From NCBI GenBank assembly GCA_965215505.1, contig OZ244065.1, forward strand, positions 4,832,001 to 4,896,000: a DNA stretch of 64,000 bases, in the 5' to 3' direction. Below the pieces are notes generated by a model. The model did no database searches and had not been told where the DNA came from. It saw only the letters and a program-made list of their open reading frames with translations. A program made the translations under genes and the position numbers. Numbering within the stretch: the stretch's first letter is position 1; every line of letters begins with the position of its first letter. Source of the DNA: Capsulimonadaceae bacterium. GTDB lineage: Bacteria > Armatimonadota > Armatimonadia > Armatimonadales > Capsulimonadaceae. Shown here piece after piece: positions 56,321-64,000 of this stretch.

Positions 56321-57571
56321 ATGACACTCGCCCGCACACCCCTAGTGATGCTGTCCCTCGCCCTGCTCTTCACCCTGTCACCGCCGGGCCGGGCCGCGCC
56401 GCCTCCCACGGCACGACCCGTGCCAAAACCGCGCCTCCTGATGGCCCACTACATGCCCTGGTTTGCGGCCAAGCCGACCAGCAAAGGGTGGGGGTGGCAC
56501 TGGACCATGAACCACTTCCAGCCCGACCGTGTGACCGGCGGGCGGCGCGAGGCCGCCTCCCACTACTACCCGCTGATGGGGCTGTACGACTCCGGCGACC
56601 CGGACGCCCTGGACTGCCACGTCCTGCTGATGAAGTTCACCGGGATCGACGGCGTGCTGGTGGACTGGTACGGGAACGACGACTACAACGATTACGGCCT
56701 CCTCCACCGCAACACGCTCGCCCTGGTCCGGGCCGTCAAGAAGGCGCACCTGCGCTACGCCGTCGTCTACGAGGACCAGACGGTGCCCAAGCTGATCGCC
56801 GGCCGCGTCTTCCCCGAGGCGGACGCCGTCCCGCACGGGCGGCGACTGATGGCCTGGCTCCAGGCGCACTGGTTCTCCGACCCTTCTTACCTGACCCTGG
56901 ACGGCCGCCCGGTCTTCCTCGTCTTCGGCGGCACCTACTACACCGGGGACCAGTGGGGCCGGATGTTCGGGGGCCTGCTGCGCCTGCCCCTGTTCTTCAC
57001 CGAGGAGGACCGCCGCGCCCCCGCCGTGGGCGGCTTCGCCTGGCCCCAGCCGCAGGGCGGGGACGCCCAGAGCGTCCGCGAGCTGGACCGCTTCTACGCC
57101 GCCGCCCCGGCCTGGCCCCTCTCCCTCCCCGCCGCCTGGCCGCGCTTCCATGACATCTATGGGCAGGCCGGCGTCCAGCCGTCCTACGGCGTCATTGACG
57201 ACCGGGACGGCCTGACCTACGCCGGGACACTGGACCGCGCCCTGAAGAGCGATGCCGCGATCATCCAGCTCGTCACCTGGAACGACTGGGGGGAGGGGAC
57301 CCAGATCGAGCCTTCGGTCGAGACGGGATACCGCGACCTCGAAACGACCCAGAACAGGCGTCGCTCCCTTGATCCCGCCTTCCCCTACAGGGCGCAGGAC
57401 CTGCGGCTTCCCATCGCCCTCTACGCGCTCCAGAAGAAGGACGGGAATGACCCCGCCCGGCGGGCGAAGCTGGACACGATTTCCCGCCTGCTGTTCGCCG
57501 GGCGTCCGGCGCGGGCGCGGGCATTGCTGGCCGCCTATCGCGCCGCCCCCACCGGCCTCAGTCCGAAGTAG
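56321..57571 (+). CDS. Secreted GH99/GH71-like glycoside hydrolase
   Basis: Signal peptide, AHYMPWF, YPLMGLYDS, GIDGVLVDW, YED, TWNDWGEGTQIEP. TGgTATCCT sits 7 nt before ATG 56321. Confidence 0.82.
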   Translation: MTLARTPLVMLSLALLFTLSPPGRAAPPPTARPVPKPRLLMAHYMPWFAAKPTSKGWGWHWTMNHFQPDRVTGGRREAASHYYPLMGLYDSGDPDALDCHVLLMKFTGIDGVLVDWYGNDDYNDYGLLHRNTLALVRAVKKAHLRYAVVYEDQTVPKLIAGRVFPEADAVPHGRRLMAWLQAHWFSDPSYLTLDGRPVFLVFGGTYYTGDQWGRMFGGLLRLPLFFTEEDRRAPAVGGFAWPQPQGGDAQSVRELDRFYAAAPAWPLSLPAAWPRFHDIYGQAGVQPSYGVIDDRDGLTYAGTLDRALKSDAAIIQLVTWNDWGEGTQIEPSVETGYRDLETTQNRRRSLDPAFPYRAQDLRLPIALYALQKKDGNDPARRAKLDTISRLLFAGRPARARALLAAYRAAPTGLSPK

Positions 57572-58647
57572 CCGCCGTCCGCGTCATAAAGGTAGTCGAA
57601 CGCCGAGAGCGCCCGCAGCCCCGTATTCACGAACGCGCCGTGCGTCGGCGTGATCCACGTCACCCGGCGCGGCGTCAGCGGGTCGGCACTGTCGCCCGCC
57701 TTGAAGTCGTAATGCAGCCTGCCGCCCAGCAGGGCGACCGTCACCTTCTCGCCCGGCGGCACCTCGCCCGCCGCCGGCCCGCCGGGGACGGCCAGCATCA
57801 TGTTCGTCAGCCCCGTGTCCATCAGCACCGTGCCCGCCGGCCCGCTCACCGCCCCGACCGTCACCCCCCCCGGCGGCGTCGCCCAGTCTTTGAGGCCGGG
57901 CCGCAGCGCGGCCGTCCCCGGCGAAACCGGGTTGGCCGCCAGCTTCTGGAACACATAGCCCGGCCCCACACCCGCCGCCGTCAGCCCGAGCGTGAAGCCC
58001 GCGCGGGTGATCGTGTAGCCGCGCCGCATCGTCCCCGCCTGCATCTCGCTCAGGTTCACGAAGGGGTTGTTCTCGGGGTGCGCCGCTCGGCCGCGCCCGA
58101 ACCCCACGCCGAACATGTACACGCGCGGGTTCAGCACCGGCGCGTGCGCCACGGCGTTCACGCCGACGCCGGAAAACCTTTTTTCCCGCACGGCCAGCAC
58201 CGGCACGACCGCCGTCGCCACCCGCCCCTGCGCGTCCTTCGAGTCCGGGAACGTCACCGTCGCCGTGGTCCACACGCCGTCCTCTTCCACGCCGCTGCTG
58301 GAGTATTTGATCTGCCCAGGCCGCGCGTTCGGATCGATGTTCGGCACCTCGTCCGCCGACGCGACGATCCCCACCGATCCCGTGTCCACCTGGAAATTCC
58401 GCACCGGGCCGCCGTTCAGCGACGCCCGCACCGTCATCTCGGTCAGGTGTTTGAAGTCCACCGGCCGCGCGAAGGGGACCGAATAGCTCTGCTTGTAGGC
58501 CGCATAATCCGGCGCAGGGTCATCCGCTTTGGCGACGCCCGCCGCCGCACCCAGCAGGGCGCCGGTCAGGCACAGGACCGACTCGCACCAGGAAAGGAGC
58601 CGCCCCCGCCGGCCGCCTGAACGTGCCTCCTTTCTTCGTCTCAGCAT
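57535..58647 (-). CDS. Secreted pepsin-like aspartic protease
   Basis: Two catalytic motifs VDTGS and MDTG, YSSSG flap, FGVG and NTG...YD closing motifs. Confidence 0.7.
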   Translation of the reverse strand: MLRRRKEARSGGRRGRLLSWCESVLCLTGALLGAAAGVAKADDPAPDYAAYKQSYSVPFARPVDFKHLTEMTVRASLNGGPVRNFQVDTGSVGIVASADEVPNIDPNARPGQIKYSSSGVEEDGVWTTATVTFPDSKDAQGRVATAVVPVLAVREKRFSGVGVNAVAHAPVLNPRVYMFGVGFGRGRAAHPENNPFVNLSEMQAGTMRRGYTITRAGFTLGLTAAGVGPGYVFQKLAANPVSPGTAALRPGLKDWATPPGGVTVGAVSGPAGTVLMDTGLTNMMLAVPGGPAAGEVPPGEKVTVALLGGRLHYDFKAGDSADPLTPRRVTWITPTHGAFVNTGLRALSAFDYLYDADGGYFGLRPVGAAR

Positions 58648-58768
58648 GACTGACCTCCCATATCCGTGTAGGATTGATTTTGCCGCCGCAGTATGAAAAC
58701 ATTATGGCCGATGTCTTGACATAAGCGCGCGTCCCCCATGCGGCCCCGAAATAATTTCTCCCCTTCCC

Positions 58769-58826
58769 TTGACAATCTCGGGGCCAGTGGGTATCATCAA
58801 CATATCACGATATATCGTGATATGTT
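58769..58826 (+). promoter_or_regulatory. Promoter plus perfect 28-bp palindromic operator
   Basis: TTGACA, 17 bp, TATCAT, then AACATATCACGATA|TATCGTGATATGTT (58799-58826) over the predicted start site. Confidence 0.85.
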
Positions 58827-58848
58827 AGCAACTGAAAGTGAGACATCC

Positions 58849-59535
58849 ATGCGAGACGAAGCACTACGACAACACCACCAGCGCGGCCATCACCACCATG
58901 AGGGGGGGCATGACCACGGCGGCCACCACGACGGGGGCTTGCCCGGCCACGGCCATCGGGGCGGGCGTCACGGGCGCGGCGGCGACGGCGGGCCGGGGCG
59001 GGACCACTTCGGCGGACCGCGCGGCCGGGCGCGGCGGGGCGAGGCGCGCACCATCCTCCTGGATGCCCTGCGCGACGGCCCCAAGCACGGCTACGAGATC
59101 ATCAAGGCCCTGGAAGAGCGCTCGGCAGGCCGGTACGCCCCCAGCCCCGGCACGGTCTACCCGACGATGCAGCTTCTGGAAGACCAGGGGCTGGTGCGCG
59201 CCGACCAGGGAGCGGAGCGGCGCGTCTACAGTCTGACCGAGGCCGGGCGTACCGACCTGGAATCCCATGCCGAAGAAGTGGCGGACTTCTGGGCGCGCTT
59301 CGCGGGTCCCGCCACCTCCCCGGCCAGCCGGCCCGAAGTGGGCTTCCTGCGGGACGAGATGGACGACCTGGCGCGGACCGTCTGGGGCGGGCTGCGGGAC
59401 GCCCTGGAACGGGACGACCCGGAAACGGTCCGCTCTGTCCGGCAGGCCCTGGCGCGTTGCCGGGAGGAAGTGCGCGCGCTCATCGCCGCCGCGACAACAG
59501 AGACCGGAGCCGCCGCCGAGGAGATCAATCTCTAG
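58849..59535 (+). CDS. PadR family regulator with His/Gly-rich N-terminus (YqjI-like)
   Basis: HGYEIIK, PSPGTVYP, RRVYSLTEAG and a His-rich leader. Confidence 0.92.
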   Translation: MRDEALRQHHQRGHHHHEGGHDHGGHHDGGLPGHGHRGGRHGRGGDGGPGRDHFGGPRGRARRGEARTILLDALRDGPKHGYEIIKALEERSAGRYAPSPGTVYPTMQLLEDQGLVRADQGAERRVYSLTEAGRTDLESHAEEVADFWARFAGPATSPASRPEVGFLRDEMDDLARTVWGGLRDALERDDPETVRSVRQALARCREEVRALIAAATTETGAAAEEINL

Positions 59536-59654
59536 AAACCTAATGACGCAACAGACCACACAAACCGTGTGATGAGATGTGGAGAATTGGCCTCAGCCCT
59601 TCGTCCACTTTTGTTCACATCTTCTTCATCTCTGGCTGTTATGATGCACTAACG

Positions 59655-61244
59655 ATGAGATTCATGACCGACATACAAGCCGAGGCCCCGGACACGGACG
59701 GGCCACCCGCGGACGGATTACTCCGCTCCCCGCCGCGCCTGACGCCGGATCTGGCGCGGCGGTTCCAGACGGACTACTACGCCCGCATCCGCCCCGGACT
59801 GCGCCTCGTGTCGCTGCTGATGGCCGGGGTGTCGGCCGCTCACACCCTGCTGCCGTCCGACGGCCCCACGTTCATTGACCTGGCGGTCGCCGTGCCGACG
59901 CTCCTCTTCTGGCTGTGCGTCTTCGGCCTGACCTGGGGGCGCGGCTTTGGCCGCGCGTGGCAGCCGGTCCTGGTCCTCCTGGGCTGGGCCACGGCGGTGT
60001 TCGTGCTGGGGAGACTGGGCCACACCCTCAGCGGCCCCCCCGCCGGGGGGGGCTTGCCGCACCCCCCGCCCTCTGGGGGAGGGCCGCCGTCTTCCGTCCC
60101 GATGCGGTTCTCCTTCGTACTCCAGATGTCGGTCCTGATGGTCACCCTGTCCACGCTGCGGCTCCAGTTCCGGTGGGCCGCCCTGCTCCAGAGCGGCATA
60201 CTCACGGTCGGCCTGTGGAGCTTCGGCACCAACCTGCCGCCCGACGCCGACGCCCTGCGCGACCTGCACTTCATCCTCCTGCCCGCCCTCGTGCTGCTCC
60301 TGGCGCTCCTGCTGGCGGCCTTCACCCAGGAGCAGCTCGCGCAGGGTGCCTTCTACGCGAGCCACCTGCTGGCCGAGGAGCGCGACGGCGAGCGGCGCGA
60401 GCGGGAGCAGACTCAGGGCCAGCTCCGGGTGCTGGCCCAGGCCATCGGCGGCATCGTGCATGACCTGGGCAACCCGCTGACGGTCGTGCAGATGGGGGCG
60501 GAACTCGTCGAGATGCAGGCCGACTCCGGCGACGCCGCGGCCATCCGGGAGACGAACGGGGCTGTCCTGGAGGGAGCGCAGATGCTCAACGCCCTGCGCC
60601 TGTCCCTGATCGAGCAGACGCGCGTCCTGGAGGGCAAGCCCATCCCCGTCAATCTGTGGGCCGAGCCGCTGCGCTCCATCTTGGAGGCGGGCACCCGCTT
60701 CCAAAGCCCCCGGTTCGCCAGCGGACGCGGGATCTCCCTCGTCGGCGAAGACCTGGAGGTGTATGCCGACCGTCCGAAGCTGGTCACGGTCTTCATGAAC
60801 CTGATCGGTAACGCCCTCAAGTACAGTGATGGCGAGGTGCGCGTCGTCTGGCACGCGGAGGGAGGAACCGTACTCGTGGGGGTTCTAGACCGGGGCATGG
60901 CCGGGCGGGGCATCTGCGCGGCCCAGGCGGGGCGGCTGTTCGCCCCGTTCGGGCGGCTGGAGATGCACGCCGCCGTCGAGGGCACGGGCCTGGGTCTGGT
61001 GTCCGCCCGCAAGATCGTGGAGGCCCACGGCGGCGAGGTCTTCGTCGAGGGCCATACCGGGGGTGCGCCGGCCCCGCCGCCCTTCACCACGGCTCAGGGC
61101 CGCTACCCCTCTCTGCTGGTGCCGGGCTTCCTGACCGCCTTCGTCGTCGCCTGCCCGGCACCCCCGGCGGAGGCCATTGATGGTGAAAGGATGCCCCGTG
61201 AGACGAACCGAATCACCGCTAGGTCTGCGGCGTTGATGCGATGA
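59655..61244 (+). CDS. Membrane sensor histidine kinase
   Basis: About six TMs, H-box VHDLGNPL, N-box NLIGNALKY, G boxes DRG and GTGLGL. Confidence 0.88.
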   Translation: MRFMTDIQAEAPDTDGPPADGLLRSPPRLTPDLARRFQTDYYARIRPGLRLVSLLMAGVSAAHTLLPSDGPTFIDLAVAVPTLLFWLCVFGLTWGRGFGRAWQPVLVLLGWATAVFVLGRLGHTLSGPPAGGGLPHPPPSGGGPPSSVPMRFSFVLQMSVLMVTLSTLRLQFRWAALLQSGILTVGLWSFGTNLPPDADALRDLHFILLPALVLLLALLLAAFTQEQLAQGAFYASHLLAEERDGERREREQTQGQLRVLAQAIGGIVHDLGNPLTVVQMGAELVEMQADSGDAAAIRETNGAVLEGAQMLNALRLSLIEQTRVLEGKPIPVNLWAEPLRSILEAGTRFQSPRFASGRGISLVGEDLEVYADRPKLVTVFMNLIGNALKYSDGEVRVVWHAEGGTVLVGVLDRGMAGRGICAAQAGRLFAPFGRLEMHAAVEGTGLGLVSARKIVEAHGGEVFVEGHTGGAPAPPPFTTAQGRYPSLLVPGFLTAFVVACPAPPAEAIDGERMPRETNRITARSAALMR

Positions 61245-61305
61245 ACACTGAACAGCCCTCCGCATCACACCAGTCGACTAACCAACATAGATGGGAGAAA
61301 CGCAG

Positions 61306-62505
61306 ATGAACAAACGTGCCCAATTTGCCTTTGCGGCTGCGGCTGTGACGCTGCCGATAGGCCTGGTCGCGGCCTACCACGCTCCCGCCGCGCCCCACGC
61401 CGCCGCTCCCGCCGCGCGCGCAGCCTTGCCCGACCCGGCCCTGCCCCCATCGCCGGGCGCACCCGCCGTCGTCGACGCCGCGAACGCTTTCCTGGCCACG
61501 CTCTCGGACAAGCAGCGGACGGTCGCTCAGATCGAGATGACGCCCCAGAACGCCGGACGGTGGTCGAATTTCCCCGCCGGATTCGTCCCGCGCAACGGTA
61601 TCTACTTCCGGGACATGAACCCGGCGCAGACTGCCGCCGCCCTGAAGGTGGCCCGCCTGGCTCTGAGCCAAGAGGGCTTCACCCGGTTTCAGGAGGTCCG
61701 CGCCGGGGATGACGCCTTCGCCAAGCAGGACAGAGGCCCCGGCGGGCGCGGCCCCGGCGGACCAGGGCGTGGAGGATTTGGCGGCCCGCCGCCCGACGGA
61801 CCGGGCGGGCCCGGTGGCTCCGGTGGCTTCGGTGGACCGCCTCCGGGTGGCCCTGGTGGGTTTGGGGGAGGCGGTACTCTCTTCGGCCACGGCAACTACA
61901 TCATCGCCTTCCTGGGCAGGCCGTCGAAGACCACGCCTTGGCTTCTCCAGATCGGCGGCCACCATCTCGCCTTCAACATCTACTACAAAGGCGGGGTCGG
62001 TGCCGCCACTCCCTACTTCGTGGGCGTGCAGCCGAACATCTGGAAGGATACGGACGGCAAGACCCACGCGCCGCTCGCGCCGATGCGCGACGCCTTGTAC
62101 GGCCTGGCCCACTCCCTTGCGCCGGAGCAGCTAACGCAGGCGCGGCTCGACACGAGTTTCAGCGACGTGTACGTCGGCCCCGGTCGGGACGGCCAGTTCC
62201 CCGCCCGCAGTGAGGGGGTGGCAATCTCCGGGCTTTCCGCCGCTTCGAAGAGACTGGTCAAGCAGGCGATCATGGCTTGGACGGGTGACTCCGTCCAGGG
62301 CGCTGCCTACCGAAAGCTTTACTACGCCGAACTGGGGCGGACGAAGGTCGCCTACTCTGGCACGACCGCCCTCAACACGGAAGGCGACTATATGCGGATT
62401 GACGGGCCACACGTCTGGATCGAGTTCTGCTGCCAGGGCAGTGACCACTACCACACGATCTGGCGCGACCGGGCCACCGACTACGGCGCCGAATTCTCCT
62501 TCTGA
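61306..62505 (+). CDS. DUF3500 exported protein with Gly/Pro-rich insert
   Basis: FLATLS, WSNFP, GGHHLAFN, RIDGPHVWIEF, HYHTIWRD. Confidence 0.85.
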   Translation: MNKRAQFAFAAAAVTLPIGLVAAYHAPAAPHAAAPAARAALPDPALPPSPGAPAVVDAANAFLATLSDKQRTVAQIEMTPQNAGRWSNFPAGFVPRNGIYFRDMNPAQTAAALKVARLALSQEGFTRFQEVRAGDDAFAKQDRGPGGRGPGGPGRGGFGGPPPDGPGGPGGSGGFGGPPPGGPGGFGGGGTLFGHGNYIIAFLGRPSKTTPWLLQIGGHHLAFNIYYKGGVGAATPYFVGVQPNIWKDTDGKTHAPLAPMRDALYGLAHSLAPEQLTQARLDTSFSDVYVGPGRDGQFPARSEGVAISGLSAASKRLVKQAIMAWTGDSVQGAAYRKLYYAELGRTKVAYSGTTALNTEGDYMRIDGPHVWIEFCCQGSDHYHTIWRDRATDYGAEFSF

Positions 62506-62512
62506 GGCATCC

Positions 62513-63847
62513 ATGCAACGGCTATCCCTCCTGCGGCGGCTACTGCTCGTGCTGCCATTCTTGGTTACGGTTTGCCCTGCACGGGGTCATCCGATGCCCA
62601 GTTCGAACGTCATCCTGCGCCTACACCGGGGCGGGGTTGACGCCCGGCTGGTCCTGCCCATCATCGAGCTGAAACTCGGCTGGCAGAAGCCGCTGCCGAT
62701 GGATGCCGCTCGGACCATCCAGCAGTATGGGGGCGCTCTCAAGGAGTACGTCCGCGCGCACGTCCGCCCCGTCGCCCCCGACGGGCGGCCCTGGGCGGTG
62801 ACGGTCCGGTCGCTGACGCCGGTCGCCGCCTCGGCACCGAACCCGTTCGTGGCCTCCAGCCCCGATGTCCAGGTGGACCTGACGATGACCCCGCCGCCGG
62901 GGGCTCCCGCCGACCGGCTCACTCTCCGCTATGACGTCATCTTCCACCGGCTCATCACCCACACCGCCATCGTCTCCATCGCGAGCGACTGGCGCAGCGG
63001 CCTCGTAGCCGGCCCGCCCGTCCTGCTCGGGACGATGCGGGACACCGAGCCGTCCATCGCCATTGACCGCTCCCAGGGGAGCTGGTTCCGAGGCTTCGCC
63101 GCCCTCTTCCGGCTCGGGGCGCGGCACATCGCCGAGGGCACGGACCACCTGCTGTTCCTGCTCGCCCTGCTGCTCCCGGCCCCACTCGTCGCCGCCGGAA
63201 AGTGGTGGGGGAGCTACGTCGGCGGGCGGGCGGCCCTGCATCGGATCGTGAAGATCGTCACGGCCTTCACGGGCGGCCACTCGGCCACGCTGCTGCTGGG
63301 GGCGCTCGGCTGGGCGCGGCTGCCGGGCGCGTTCATCGAGTCGGCCATTGCGCTCTCGATCTTCGTCTCCGCCCTCCACGCGCTGGTCCCGATCTTCCGG
63401 GGCCGGGAGGTCTTCATCGCGGGGGGCTTCGGGCTGGTCCACGGCCTGGCGTTCGCCGAGACGCTGACGGGGTTCGGCTTCGACCCGGTCACCCTGGCGT
63501 CGAGCGTGCTGGGGTTCAACCTAGGCATCGAGGCGGTCCAGCTCCTGGTCATCCTCGTGACGATGCCGTGGCTGCTGCTGCTGGCCCGGACTCCTGTCTA
63601 CCCGCCGTTCCGCGTCGTGGGCGCATGCCTCACCGGGGTCGCCGCCTGCGCCTGGTTCTTGGAACGGGCGCTGGGGTGGAGCAACCCTGTCGCCCCCCTG
63701 GTGGAGCGGGCCGCAGCCCATGCGCTCTGGATCGTGGCGGGACTGGCCGTGTTTTCCCTCACCGCATTCTTGGCCCGCAACCAAGGGTCCGACCGGGAGC
63801 CTGACCAGCATCTGAAGCCGGTGCTATCGGATTGGACAATGCCCTGA
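62513..63847 (+). CDS. HupE/UreJ family membrane protein
   Basis: Signal then H, LGARHIAEGTDHLLF, TAFTGGHSATL, FGLVHGLAFA, FNLGIE. Confidence 0.9.
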   Translation: MQRLSLLRRLLLVLPFLVTVCPARGHPMPSSNVILRLHRGGVDARLVLPIIELKLGWQKPLPMDAARTIQQYGGALKEYVRAHVRPVAPDGRPWAVTVRSLTPVAASAPNPFVASSPDVQVDLTMTPPPGAPADRLTLRYDVIFHRLITHTAIVSIASDWRSGLVAGPPVLLGTMRDTEPSIAIDRSQGSWFRGFAALFRLGARHIAEGTDHLLFLLALLLPAPLVAAGKWWGSYVGGRAALHRIVKIVTAFTGGHSATLLLGALGWARLPGAFIESAIALSIFVSALHALVPIFRGREVFIAGGFGLVHGLAFAETLTGFGFDPVTLASSVLGFNLGIEAVQLLVILVTMPWLLLLARTPVYPPFRVVGACLTGVAACAWFLERALGWSNPVAPLVERAAAHALWIVAGLAVFSLTAFLARNQGSDREPDQHLKPVLSDWTMP

Positions 63848-63867
63848 GAGGGCGGAAAGAGAAGACG

Positions 63868-64000
63868 ATGACTGAGCCGGACACGACGACGCACGACTAT
63901 GACCAATACATCACCCGGACTTTCGCCGAGGAGGATGACGCGCTGCGCGGGGCGCGCGAGGAGATGCAGCGCGAGGGGCTGCCGAGGATCAATGTCTCCG
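63868..64000 (+). CDS. O-methyltransferase, 5' part only
   Basis: MTEPDTTTHDYDQYITRTFAEEDDALRGAREEMQREGLPRINVS matches the N-terminus of caffeoyl-CoA-type O-methyltransferases. Confidence 0.7.
   Translation, partial: MTEPDTTTHDYDQYITRTFAEEDDALRGAREEMQREGLPRINVS

Overview
High-GC bacterial chromosomal window. The DUF1559/H-X9-DG prepilin-like protein and the PEP-CTERM protein suggest an Armatimonadota-like organism (inference). It holds about 55 CDS and no rRNA, tRNA or CRISPR array that I can see. Main blocks: (1) a leftward, tightly coupled operon of a secreted AMMECR1-domain protein, a thioester alpha-2-macroglobulin, a TlpA-like protein with CxxW instead of CxxC, and a HAD hydrolase; (2) a divergent, near-complete type II secretion operon (gspE,F,G,H,I,J,K, L-, M- and C-like, gspD); (3) an HNH nuclease and an intact IS4-like element with an 11-bp target duplication; (4) metabolic and secreted-enzyme genes (AKR, M20, ATP-grasp, LLM monooxygenase, GH9, M60, GH99-like, aspartic protease); (5) a second, highly divergent orphan secretin next to a polytopic patatin-like lipase; (6) a TrmH methyltransferase behind a consensus promoter and an attenuator-like leader; (7) folC, a His-rich PadR with a perfect 28-bp operator palindrome, a histidine kinase, DUF3500 and HupE/UreJ. 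Window-wide patterns are many apparently leaderless genes, 14/17-bp start-codon duplications that create ATGA-coupled mini-cistrons, and two REP-like palindrome families. All family calls come from motif recognition by eye, not database searches.
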